Source of the DNA: an uncultured Actinomycetota bacterium
GTDB taxonomy: Bacteria; Actinomycetota; Actinomycetes; Propionibacteriales; Nocardioidaceae
Length of the DNA stretch: 64,000 nt
NCBI GenBank assembly: GCA_963790225.1
Contig: CAWBNX010000003.1
Location: 151,044-215,043, forward strand
Direction: 5' to 3'
Shown here in pieces: positions 48,165 through 58,956 of the stretch. A program made the translations under genes and the position numbers. Below the pieces are notes generated by a model. That model saw only the letters and a list, made by a program, of their open reading frames with translations, was not told where the DNA came from and searched no databases. Each line of letters opens with the position of its first letter. Within the stretch, counting starts at the first letter, position 1.

Positions 48165-49481
48165 GTGACTGCCGTGTCACCTGCCCGGGCGGGATAGTCG
48201 CTGGGGCGGCCGGACGCGGTCGGGGCCACCGGGTTCGTCGGAGGCCTGCCCGACCGTGACGTCGTCGACGACCTCGACCGCGTCCTGCGCACCCAGGTGC
48301 AGCGACGCGGGGTCGATCCCCAGCGTGAGGCTGCGGTGGTGCGTCAGATGGCCCAGCAGGTCGTCCGCGACCACGACGACCGCAGCCTCACCGGAGCGGT
48401 CGACCCGGTGGCCGACCGCGACTCGCTGGTGTCGTTCCTGGTCGCCAACGTCGCCGGCTTCGGCCCGCTCCAGCCCCTCCTCGACGATCCTCAGATCGAG
48501 GAGGTGTGGATCAACCAGCCGTCGCGGGTGTTCGTGGCGCGCGACGGTCGTCACGAGCTCACGCCCGATCGTGCTCAGCGCCGAGCAGGTCACCGAGCTG
48601 GTCGAGCGGATGCTCGCCACCAGCGGTCGGCGCATCGACATCTCCCAGCCCTTCGTCGACGCGCTGCTCCCGGGGGGCCACCGGCTCCACGTCGTGCTCG
48701 ACGGCATCACCCGCGGCTTCACCGCGGTCAACATCCGCAAGTTCGTCGTCAAGGCCGCCCACCTCGACGACCTCGTGGCGCTGGGCAGCCTGCCGGCTCC
48801 GGCGGCCGCCTTTCTGCGCGCCGCGGTCGCGGCCGGACTCAACGTGGTGGTGTCGGGAGGGACGCAGGCGGGGAAAACCACGCTGCTGAACGCGCTGGCG
48901 GCCGCGATCCCCGGAGGTCAGCGCGTCATCAGCGTGGAGGAGGTCTTCGAGCTGGACTTCCGCCACCCCGACTGGGTGGCGATGCAGACGCGCCAGCAGG
49001 GCTTCGAGGGCACCGGTCAGGTGACGCTGCGCCACCTGGTGAAGGAGACGCTGCGCATGCGGCCCTCCCGCGTCATCGTCGGCGAGGTGCGCTCGGAGGA
49101 GGCACTCGACCTGCTGCTCGCGCTCAACGCCGGACTGCCCGGCATGGCCTCGGTCCACGCCAACAGCGCCCGCGAGGCGCTGGTCAAGCTGTGCACGCTG
49201 CCCCTGCTGGCGGGCGAGAACATCTCGGCGCGCTTCGTGGTTCCCACGGTGGCGGCGTCGGTGGACCTCGTCGTGCACCTCGACCTCGGGCTGGACGGCG
49301 TGCGCCGGGTCCACGAGATCGTCGCGGTGCCGGGGCGCATGGAGGCGGAGACGATCGAGACCGAGAGCGTGTTCTGCGCAGGAACGGCGATCTCGTGCGC
49401 GGGCCGGGCCTGCCGCCGCGCGCCGACCGGTTCGAGCGGATCGGCGTCGACCTCCCCGCGCTGCTGCGGACCCAGGACTGA
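48165..49481 (+). CDS. tadA: CpaF/TadA pilus ATPase, two frameshifts and an in-frame TAG at 48195
   Basis: GPLQPLLDDP.IEEVWIN, GGTQAGKTT, LRMRP.RVIVGEVR and HANS. Confidence 0.9.
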
Positions 49482-49484
49482 GCC

Positions 49485-50354
49485 GTGGGCGTCGTCGTCG
49501 GTCTCCTCCTCGGGCTCGGGCTGCTGCTGATGTGGTCGGCCTTCGTGCTGCCGCCGCGCCACCCGCGCCCGGACGCCGTACGTCGCAGCCGGTTGCGCGA
49601 CCAGCTCGCGCGGGCGGGTATGCCCTCGGTGACGCCGGCGCTGCTGGTCGTCGCGGCCGGGGTGGTGGCCCTGCTCGCCTTCGTCGCCGTGTACGTCGTG
49701 TCGCGGACCGCACCGGTCGCGGGCACGTTCGGACTGCTGGCCGGCTACGGGCCCTTCGCCCTCGTCGCGGGCCGCGCCCGCCGGCGACAGCGCGAGCTGG
49801 CGGAGGTGTGGCCCGAGGCCGTCGACCACCTGGCCAGTGGCGTCCGGGCCGGGCTGTCGCTGGCGGAGGCGGTCAGCGGGCTCTCCGAGCGCGGGCCGGA
49901 GTCGCTGCGGCCGGCGTTCGCCGGCTTCGCACGGGAGTACCAGCTGTCCGGCCGGTTCGAGGAGTGCCTGGACCGGCTCAAGGAGCACCTGGCCGATCCC
50001 GTCGGAGACCGCGTCGTGGAGGGGCTGCGGGTGGCGCGCGAGGTCGGCGGGGGAGACCTCGGTCGGCTGCTGCGCGGGCTCTCGGGTCACCTGCGGGACG
50101 ACGCCCGGACCCGCTCGGAGCTGGAGGCCCGCCAGAGCTGGGCGGTCAACGGGGCCCGGCTCGCGGTCGCCTCGCCCTGGCTGGTGCTGCTGCTCATGTG
50201 CTTCCAGCCCGAGGTGATCGCGCGGTACTCCTCGACCGCCGGCGTCGTGGTCCTCGCGGTCGGCGCCGTGCTGTGCCTGCTGGCCTACCGGGTGATGCTG
50301 CGCATCGGTCGGCTGCCCACGGAGCGACGGGTGCTGGGCGAGGGGGCGTCATGA
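49485..50354 (+). CDS. tadB: TadB-like T2SSF platform protein
   Basis: WPEAVD.LAS.VRAGLSL and REVGG.DLG..L. Confidence 0.88.
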   Translation: MGVVVGLLLGLGLLLMWSAFVLPPRHPRPDAVRRSRLRDQLARAGMPSVTPALLVVAAGVVALLAFVAVYVVSRTAPVAGTFGLLAGYGPFALVAGRARRRQRELAEVWPEAVDHLASGVRAGLSLAEAVSGLSERGPESLRPAFAGFAREYQLSGRFEECLDRLKEHLADPVGDRVVEGLRVAREVGGGDLGRLLRGLSGHLRDDARTRSELEARQSWAVNGARLAVASPWLVLLLMCFQPEVIARYSSTAGVVVLAVGAVLCLLAYRVMLRIGRLPTERRVLGEGAS

Positions 50355-51262
50355 CCGGCGCCGTGCTCGGGCTGGTGGCCGGGCTCGGTCTGTGGCTCGC
50401 GGTGGAGCGGGTCCTCGCCATGCGCCGACCTGACTTCGAGGCGCGGGTGCTGCGCCACCTGCCGGACCTGCCGCACACCGGGGTGCGTCCCGACCTGCCC
50501 CGGCGCGGGGTGCTCGACGAGCTGGTGGGGCCGGCGATGCGGGGCGCGGCGAAACGGCTGGAGTCGGTGGCCGGCGGGTCGGCCTCGATCTCCCGGCGGC
50601 TCCAACGGGCCGACCTCGACCTCACGTTGGCCGACTTCCGGCTCCAGCAGGTCGTGTGGGGGCTCAGCGCCTTCGCGGTGACCGGAGTCGGCTCGCTGCT
50701 CGTGGCGTCGCGCTCGCCCAGCCGGGCCGTGCCGTTGGCGGTGCTGTGCGGGGTGGCCTTCGTGGCGGGGGTGCTGCTGCGCGAGAACCGTCTCACCGCG
50801 CAGGTCCGCGGCCACGAACGAGCCGTGCTCGCCGAGCTGCCGGCTGTCTCCGAGCTGATGGCGCTGGCGGTCGCCGCCGGGGAGGGGCCGGTCGCGGCGC
50901 TGGAGCGGGTCGTCGGGCGGAGCCGAGGTGCGCTGGCCGGGGAGCTGACGCGCGTGCTGGCCGAGGTGCGCACGGGCACACCGGTCGCCCGCGCGCTCGA
51001 CGACTACTCGCGACGCACCGGGCTGCCCTCGGTGGCGCGCTTCGCCAACGGTCTCGCCGTCGCGCTCGAGAGGGGGACCCCGCTGGCCGACGTGCTGCAC
51101 GCCCAGGCCGGCGACGTGCGCGAGGCGCAGCGTCGCGAGCTCATCGAGTCCGGCGCCCGCCGCGAGGTCTTCATGATGGTGCCCGTCGTCTTCCTCGTGC
51201 TGCCCACCACCGTGATGTTCGCGTTCTGGCCGGGCGTGGTCGGCCTGCGCCTGACCACCTGA
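50351..51262 (+). CDS. tadC: TadC-like T2SSF platform protein
   Basis: ELP...ELMALAVAAGE, ERGTPLADVL and MMVPVVFL.LP. Confidence 0.88.
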   Translation: MTGAVLGLVAGLGLWLAVERVLAMRRPDFEARVLRHLPDLPHTGVRPDLPRRGVLDELVGPAMRGAAKRLESVAGGSASISRRLQRADLDLTLADFRLQQVVWGLSAFAVTGVGSLLVASRSPSRAVPLAVLCGVAFVAGVLLRENRLTAQVRGHERAVLAELPAVSELMALAVAAGEGPVAALERVVGRSRGALAGELTRVLAEVRTGTPVARALDDYSRRTGLPSVARFANGLAVALERGTPLADVLHAQAGDVREAQRRELIESGARREVFMMVPVVFLVLPTTVMFAFWPGVVGLRLTT

Positions 51263-51326
51263 CCACCCCTGCCCGGCGACCGTGCCGATCGGGTGCGCCC
51301 CCGACCTGACAACGAAGGAGAACGAC

Positions 51327-51560
51327 ATGCTGGATCCGATCCGACGCTCCCTGCTCGCACTGGCCGGGCTGGTGGCTACCCTCAGCGCGGTCACCTGGCC
51401 CGCCACCCGGCCGGCTCCGCACGAGGACCGCGAGCGCGGCGACGTCCCGGGCTGGGTGCTGGTCACGGTCATGACCGCCGGTCTCGTCGCCGGACTGTGG
51501 GCCGTGGCCGGGCCCGAGCTCGAGCGCATGCTCCGCCAGGCGCTGAACTCCGTCGCCTGA
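51327..51560 (+). CDS. Flp-like major pilin (actinobacterial ERG|DVPGW type)
   Basis: RBS AAGGAG; class III-like cleavage site ERG followed by a hydrophobic helix; 77 aa. Confidence 0.75.
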   Translation: MLDPIRRSLLALAGLVATLSAVTWPATRPAPHEDRERGDVPGWVLVTVMTAGLVAGLWAVAGPELERMLRQALNSVA

Positions 51561-51563
51561 TCG

Positions 51564-51992
51564 GTGGCGGCGATCGACGACAGGACAGGGCGGCGGCACG
51601 CTGGGTGCGAGCGGGGCGGTGAGCGCGGTGCGGCTGCGGTCGACTTCGTGCTCGTGGTGGTCGTCGTGGTGCCGTTGTTCCTCGGCGTCCTGCAGGTGGG
51701 GCTGGTGCTCCACGTGCGCAACACCCTCACTGCTGCGGCCTCCGAGGGGGCGAGGCACGGCGCGCGCTTCGACCGGGAGCCGCTCGACGGTGCCGCAAGG
51801 ACCCGGGACGCCATCTCCGACGCGGTGTCCGGTCGCTTCGCGCGCGAGGTGAGCGCTCGTCGTACGACGGTGCAGGGCGCGCCGGCCGTCGTGGTCGACG
51901 TCCGGGCCGAGGTGCCGGCGCTGGGCCTCTTCGGCCCGGCGTGGCCGGTGCAGGTCAGCGGCCACGCCGTCGAGGAGGCGCTGCCGCAATGA
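51564..51992 (+). CDS. TadE-like minor pilin
   Basis: ERG|AAAVDF and AA.EGAR. Confidence 0.82.
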   Translation: MAAIDDRTGRRHAGCERGGERGAAAVDFVLVVVVVVPLFLGVLQVGLVLHVRNTLTAAASEGARHGARFDREPLDGAARTRDAISDAVSGRFAREVSARRTTVQGAPAVVVDVRAEVPALGLFGPAWPVQVSGHAVEEALPQ

Positions 51993-52426
51993 GGTCACGG
52001 AAGGAAGACGGCTCAGCGCTGGTCGAGGTGACCTGGCTGGCGCTGCTCCTGCTGGTGCCGCTGGTCTACCTGCTGGTCGCGGTCTTCGACGTCCAGCGGG
52101 CGTCGTTCGGGGTCAGCGCCGCGTCCCGGGCGGCAGCACGTGCCTACTCGCTGGCTCCGGACGAGGCGGTCGGACGCGCTCGCGCGCAGCAGGCCGCAGC
52201 GGTCGCCCTGCGCGACCAGGGCATCGAGCCACGGTCGGTGCGGCTGACGGTGTCGTGCTCGCCGAGCCCGAGCAACTGCCTGGCGCCGGGCAGTGTGGTC
52301 TCGGTGCGCCTCTCGCACCAGGTGCGGCTGCCGCTGGCCCCCGAGGCGCTCGGCGGGGGCGCGCCGTCGTTCCGGGTGGAGGCCGACCAGAGCTTCCCCT
52401 ACGGCACGTTCCGGGAGGACCGATGA
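51989..52426 (+). CDS. TadE-like minor pilin
   Basis: EDG|SALVE and ASRAAAR; Cys pair. Confidence 0.8.
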   Translation: MRSRKEDGSALVEVTWLALLLLVPLVYLLVAVFDVQRASFGVSAASRAAARAYSLAPDEAVGRARAQQAAAVALRDQGIEPRSVRLTVSCSPSPSNCLAPGSVVSVRLSHQVRLPLAPEALGGGAPSFRVEADQSFPYGTFREDR

Positions 52427-52877
52427 GACCCGGGCGAGGGCCGGCGCGCCGCGAGCAGGGGCCGGCGCGGACGAGCAGGGGTCGGTCAGCCTGCTGCTCG
52501 TCGGGTTCTTCCTGGTGGCGGTGCTCCTGGTGACCGTGGTGGTCGACGCCTCGGCGGCGTTCCTGCGCCGCCAGGAGCTCGCGGCGCTGGCCGACGGTGC
52601 CGCGGTCGCGGCGGCCGACGGGATCCGCAGCGAGCAGATCTACCTCGAGGGCGTCCCCGACCAGGTCGCGATCGACCCGGCTCTGGCGCGTGCCTACGTC
52701 GCGGACTACCTGGCCCGCTCGGGTCGCCCGTCCGGGCTGCGGTGGCAGGTCAGCACCACCGCCGACTCGGTCCGGGTCGAGCTGAGCGGCCCGCTCGACC
52801 TCCCTCTGGTCCCTCCCGGCTGGAGCGGCCGCACCACCGTCGCCTCCGAGGCCGGCGCCGTCTCGATCGTCAGCTGA
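52423..52877 (+). CDS. TadG-like minor pilin, frameshift near the start
   Basis: DEQG|SVSLL and L..LADGAA.AAA. Confidence 0.8.
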
Positions 52878-52883
52878 GACGCC

Positions 52884-55612
52884 TCACCAGCTGGAGAGGG
52901 CGGTGGTCAGGCTGCCGCGCTGCTGCACCATCCGGCCGGCCTCGCGCTCGCTCAGCCAGGCGTCCAGGGTGCCGGTCGCCGGTGACGAGACGTAGCCCTC
53001 GAGGCGGGCGCCGAGCCGGGCGACCAGCTCGGTCCGGCCCTGCCACAGCGGCGGTACGCCGATCTCGCCGAGGTCGGCGAGCTCGGTCGCCACCGCCAGG
53101 TGCCACGGCCGCAGCGACTCCCAGCCGCGCGCGCTGCGGGCCAGCACGGCGACCTCGCGCAGCCAGACGCCGGTGGCCGGCGCCAGACCGAGACCTTCCA
53201 GCTGCTCCAGGGTGGCGCGGCTGAGCCGGTCGATCGTGCCCAGCCCGGCCGATCGCAGCACGGCGGCGTGGTCGCGGAACGGGGCGACGGTCAGCATGTC
53301 GTCCGGCAACGGGCGGCCGAAGCGGCTGCGGTAGGGGTTGGTCCGCGGTGCGTCGGGGCCGGCCTTCGGCTGGTGGCTGCGCAGCCCGGCCAGCTGGGGG
53401 TCCCGGTCACGCCAGGCCGCCAGCGTCGGGTCGACGTCGGCGCACGCCAGGTGGCGCACGGCGAGCGCGCTCCGGCCGGCGACCTCGGCGAGGTGGCACC
53501 CGGCCGCGTAGTTGAGCGCGGGCCCGTACTCCTCGGGGTCGCGCAGCGGTCCGGTCGGGGGCGCCAGCCGACCTCGGGGCAGGCGGGCACCGACCGGGTG
53601 AGCACCAGGGCGCTGCGCTGCAGGCGGCACCGGAACTCCTCGTCGACGCCGCCGGCCGTGTCCGCCACCGCCGCCAGCAGACGCTGGGCGTCCCGGGCCA
53701 GCGCGACCTGGTGAGCCAGGTAGGTCTCGGTCGTGAGCGCGCTCGCACCCGTGGCCCCGGCGGAGCTGTCGCGCTCGGCCCGCAGCAGCGAGGCACGGTT
53801 GACGCCGACGGACACCCGGGTGTGGAGAAGGCGGAGCCGCAGCGTCGGCTCACGACGCACGACGTCGCTCTCGAGCGCGTGACCGAGCAGGTGGAGGTAG
53901 GCGCGGAGCTCCGCGTCGGTGGAGGCCTCGCGGTAGAGGCTGTGCCAGTAGCCGACGAGCGCCAGCCGGTTGTCGGGGTCGAGCTCCACGGCCTCGGCGT
54001 AGAGGGCCTGGGCGATCGTGGAGCCGCGCGGCTTCCTGGGCGGCCAGGGCGTGCAGCGCCACGCTGCGCGCCACCGTGGCCCCGGCCAGGCCCTGGGTGA
54101 TGCCGTGCGCCTGGGCGATCCGGGTGACGGCCATCGCGGCGGGGAAGACCCCCAGGTCGAGACCCGCCGTCGGGTCGGTGCCGCGCGTCGCCGGCGTCGC
54201 CGCCCGCTGGTGCCGGCGTCTGCCGGAGGAACCCGAGCGTGCCGGTGCGGTCGATGGTCTGGGTGTCGATGACGCGGTAGTTGCGCACCAGCTCGACCAC
54301 CATGCGGCCGTCGGCTCTCGGTGACGTTGAGCCGCCAGGGCGTCGGTGGCCGCAGGAGGCGGAGGGCGCGACCCAGGGCCGCGATCCACGGGGTGGACGA
54401 GCTCTCGACGATGCCGACGTCGGCGAGCATCTCGGCGTCGGTGCCCAGCGGCACCTCGATGCCGCCCGGGGTGGGCGGGGCCAGACCGTCGGACCAGGGA
54501 CCGCAGGTGCTCGGGGGACGGTGCGCCGTCCCCGGTGGAGGTGATCGTCAATCGGGCGCGCGAGCTCCACGCCAGGGCGAGAAGGACCGCCGCGCAGAGC
54601 CCGAGCACGGCGGCCTGGGCCAGGTTCGGACCCAGTCCGGCCGCGCGCCACGACACCTCGAAGGGTGAGAGGAGGCCGACCGCGGCCACCAGGCCCACGG
54701 CGGCGACCAGGGCGACGACCGAGCCGGTGACGGCCGCCGAGGCGTCGGAGCCGACGGCCCGCCGCCACCCCAGCGCCAGCAGCAGGGCCACGACCCCCAG
54801 GACCGCCACGAGCCCGAGGTCGGTGCCCTCGCTCGACCAGGTGGCGTCGAAGCTGAGACCCATCCACGAGGGCAGCCCCACGACCCACACGCAGCTGAGC
54901 GCGAGGGCCACGGGTCCGGCGACCAGGCAGGGCACCCGCAGGCTCGGCGCGGTCGCGAGCCGGTCGGCGGCGCGGTTGCCGAGGAGACCGAGCAGGAGCC
55001 GCGCCGCGACGAGGACGATCGCGATCCAGGCCAGGACCACGACGGCCAGCGCGAGCGCCGGCTCGACCCAGGCCTGCTGGAAGTCGGTCCACGTCGACTC
55101 GGCGACCTGCGCCGCAGAGGTCCCGAGCTCCTGCTGGAGCGCCAGCGCGGTGGCGTTCGCACCGTCGCAGACGAGCGCGGCCTGCACCGCGGACCTGATC
55201 AGGGCGGAGGTGGCCTCCGAGGTCGGCCCCGCACCGGGGGCCAGCGTCGGGGGAGCCGCTGCACACCGGTGGCACCGGCTTGGGCACGAACGTCCCGAGC
55301 CCGCCGCCGTCCAGCCGCTTCGCCCAGCCGGCGAGGGCGGTGGCGTCGGCCTGGCGCTGCACGGCGCTCGCGTACGCCTCTGCGCAGGCCGGCGTCGCCC
55401 CGCCCGTCGCCGGCGCCGCCTCGCGCACGTCGGTGATCGTCGCGATCGCCGTCCCGGGGTCGCCGGACGCCGTCAGACGCTCGGCCGCGGCGCAGACGGT
55501 CCCGGCACCTGGCGTCGGGGCGCCGGCCGCGGGGGACGGCAGTGCGAGCGCCAGTGTCTGCGGCCAGCAGCAGCATGGCTGCAGTACGACGAGAACGTGT
55601 CGACGACGGCAT
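52884..55612 (-). CDS. Uncharacterised ~900 aa membrane protein: signal peptide, Cys-containing ectodomain, 4-5 TM helices, TPR-like region, C-terminal HhH/DUF4332-like segment; five or more frameshifts
   Basis: Stitched from ORFs 55199-55618, 53407-55428, 53850-55187, 53291-54454 and 52884-53630; ALYAEAVELDPDNRLA, LNYAAGC...WRDRDPQLAGLR and AAVLRSAGLGTIDRL. Confidence 0.6.
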
Positions 55613-55640
55613 GGTCACCCCCGGTGGCTGCGGATCTCTC

Positions 55641-55697
55641 GACGCTAGACCGGTTGCTTTCTTGTCGGCAGGGCCTTAAGTACCGGTCTAGAGCGTC
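55641..55697. promoter_or_regulatory. Inverted repeat CTAGACCGGT-N27-ACCGGTCTAG overlapping the minus-strand -10 (TAGCGT)
   Basis: Arms at 55645-55654 and 55682-55691, extendable by GACG/CGTC with a 2-nt bulge. Confidence 0.6.
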
Positions 55698-55791
55698 CCC
55701 GGTGAGTGCCGCGGGACGCCGGGGACTGTTCCCGACGAACGCGGGCACAACGTCCCGCGCCGGGTGCGCCGGGCGGGCCTACGGTCGGGGC

Positions 55792-57717
55792 ATGGCGGGT
55801 GGCGTCAAGGGATGGGTGCTGGTGGTGCTGGCACTGCTGTGCGCGGCGTCGGGGCGCTGTCGGAGCGCCGAGCCCCGACTCGGTGCGCTTCACCGCCGCC
55901 GGTGACTACTCGAGCAGTGCCGCCGCCGGTGGGGTGATCGACCGGCATCGGGGCCTCCGATCCTGACGCCCACTTCGCCGTCGGCGACCTGTCCTACGGG
56001 GTGACCGGGCAGGAGCAGGCCTGGTGCGACTTCGTGACGAGCAGGGTCGGTGGCGGCTTCCCCTTCGAGCTGTTGTCCGGCAACCACGAGAGCAACGGCC
56101 TCAACGGCAACATCAACGACTTCGCCGCCTGCCTGCCCAACCAGCTGCCAGGCCTCGTCGGCACCTACGGCAGGCAGTACTACGTCGACGTTCCCCAGGA
56201 CGACCCGCTCGTGCGTTACGTGATGATCTCGCCCGGGGTCACCTACCCCGACGGCGTCTGGAGCTACGCCGCGGGCACGCCGCGCCACGACTGGACCCGG
56301 ACGGCCATCGACCAGGCGCGCGCAGCGAGGCATCCCGTGGGTCGTCGTCGGCATGCACAAGCCGTGCTTGTCGATGGGCGTGTACTCCTGCGACCCCGGC
56401 CCGGGCATCATCAACCTGCTGGTCTCGCGCAAGGTGGACCTCGTGCTCAACGGGCACGAGCACCTCTACCAGCGGACGAAGCAGCTGGCGCACAGCGCCG
56501 GCTGCACCACGATCAGCCCCGGGTCGTACGACGCCGACTGCGTGGCCGACTCGGACGCTGACCTGCTGGCGGGCGCCGGCACGGTCTTCCTGACGCTCGG
56601 CAGCGGGGGAACGCCGTTCCGCGAGACCGATCCGTCCGACCCGGAGGCGCCGTACTTCGCCACCTCGATGGCTCTGAACAACAACCCGACGTGGGGGTTC
56701 GGCCAGTTCGACGTGACGCGTGAACGGCTCGCCTTCAGCTTCCAGCGCACCTCAGGGGGCACCTACGCCGACTCGTTCACGCTGGACCGGACCGCGGCTC
56801 CACCGAACACGGCACCGACCGCGGCCTTCACGAGCACGCAGTCGGGCCTGGTCGCGAGTCTCGACGGGCGCACCTCCTTCGATCCCGACGGCACCATCGC
56901 GTCGTGGACGTGGGACTTCGGTGACGGCACCACCGACACGGGCGCCACACCGCAGCACACCTACGCCCAGCCCGGCACCTACGACGTGACGCTGACCGTC
57001 ACCGACGACGACGGAGCCACCGGCACGACGACCCGGACGGTCACGGTCGCCGGCACACCCGCCGCGCAGGTGATCGCCTCCGACGACTTCGAGAGGAGCG
57101 CGACCCGGTCCTGGGGCACCGCGGACCTCGGGGGCCCCTGGACCGTCAGCACCGGGGTCGGTGTCAGCGCCGCGTCGGGCGGCCAGGGTCGCCTCGTGAT
57201 GACCGCCCCCGGACGAGCTCCGTCAGCGCTGCTCGACGGCGTGAGCACGAGCGACCTCGACCTGGTCTTCGACCTGGGCTTCGACAAGATCCCCGCCCCC
57301 CGGGTCGACCAGTCGGTCTTCCTGCGACGCACACCGGGCGGCGCCTACAGCGCGATGGTGCGCCTGCAGGGCAACGGGTCGGTGCGCGCCAGCGTGCAGC
57401 GCAGCGTCACCGGCGGCGCGACCACCACGATCAGCAGCGACGTCACGATCGCGGGGCTCACCTACCGGGTGGGCGACGTGCTGAAGGTCCGGGCCCAGGC
57501 CTCCGGCACCTCACCGACGCAGGTGCGGGTCAAGGTGTGGCGGGCCGGCACCACCGAGCCCGCCGCATGGACGGCCACGGCCCTCGACGGCACCGCCGGG
57601 CTGCAGCAGGCCGGCTCGCTCGGCTTCTCGCCGTACCTCTCGAGCGCGGCGACCAACGCGCCCGTCACCGCGATCTTCGACAACCTCCGCGCCTCGGTCG
57701 CCGGCACCCTGCCCTGA
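55792..57717 (+). CDS. Secreted metallophosphoesterase (purple acid phosphatase-like) with PKD domain and C-terminal beta domain; frameshifts near 55850-55960 and 56330
   Basis: AAGD, GDLSY, GNHE, MHKP, GHEHLYQR; PKD W.WDFGDG..HTY..PGTY.VTLTVTDD. Confidence 0.85.
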
Positions 57718-57775
57718 CCGAGGCGTCCCAGGGGCGTCCGGGGGGGTCGACGGCGAGCAGGTAGCCTGGACGACT

Positions 57776-58892
57776 GTGGCAGCCCCTGACATCGAGACCC
57801 GCATCAAGCACCTCCGAGCGACCCTGCGCACCATCGAGCAGGTGCTCGACGTGGACAAGATGCGCGCCGAGATCGCCGACCTGGGCGAGCAGGTCGCCGC
57901 GCCCGACCTGTGGGACGACCAGACCAACGCCCAGCGGGTGACCGGTCGCCTGTCGACCCTGCAGGGGGAGCTCGAGCGCTTCACCGGGCTCTCGGAGCGT
58001 CTCGACGACACCGAGGTGCTCGTGCAGCTCTCGCAGGAGGAGGGCGACGAGGAGTCGCTCGCCGACGCCGAGCGCGAGCTGGACCGGATCTCGAAGGGCG
58101 TCGACATCCTCGAGGTGCGCACCCTGCTGGCCGGCGAGTACGACGCCCGCGAGGCTCTCATCACCATCCGCTCAGGTGCCGGCGGGGTGGACGCCGCCGA
58201 CTTCGCCGAGATGCTGCAGCGGATGTACATCCGCTGGGCGGAGCAGAACAAGTACGCCGTCGACGTCTACGACACCTCCTACGCGGAGGAGGCCGGGCAT
58301 CAAGTCGACCACCTTCGCCGTCCACGCCCCCTACGGCTACGGCACCCTCTCGGTGGAGTCCGGCACGCACCGGCTGGTGCGCATCAGCCCGTTCGACAAC
58401 CAGGGCCGGCGCCAGACGTCCTTCGCCGCCGTCGAGGTCGTGCCCGTCCTCGAGCAGACCGACCACATCGAGCTGCCGGAGGAGGAGGTCCGCATCGACG
58501 TCTACCGCTCCAGCGGTCCCGGCGGTCAGAGCGTCAACACCACCGACTCCGCCGTGCGCCTGACCCACATCCCGACGGGCATCGTCGTGTCGTGCCAGAA
58601 CGAGAAGTCGCAGCTGCAGAACAAGGCCTCGGCCATGGTGATCCTCAAGGCGAAGCTGCTGGCCCGCAAGCGCCAGGAGGAGAAGGCTCACCTCGACGAG
58701 CTGCGCGGGGACGTGCAGGGCTCGTGGGGCGACCAGATGCGCTCCTACGTCCTGCACCCCTACCAGATGGTCAAGGACCTGCGGACCGAGTACGAGGTCG
58801 GCAACCCGAGCTCGGTCTTCGACGGTGACATCGACGGCTTCCTCGAGGCCGGCATCCGCTGGCGACGGGGCGCCGACAAGGTCGAGGCCTGA
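57776..58892 (+). CDS. prfB: Peptide chain release factor 2, frameshift near 58297
   Basis: [12 protein letters not shown] (SPF), GPGGQSVN and RSYVLHPY. Confidence 0.96.
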
Positions 58893-58956
58893 CCCGCAAC
58901 ACCCCGGCCGAGGTCCCGGGATCGGGCGTGGGGCGAACCTAGACTCCGCCAGCGTT

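Noticed and set aside
58285-58305. prfB frameshift as the programmed RF2 autoregulatory frameshift
   Set aside because: The programmed site is CTT-TGA near codon 25 with an internal SD. This break is mid-gene (GCC GGGC ATC), has no in-frame TGA at the site and matches the window-wide extra-G error pattern.
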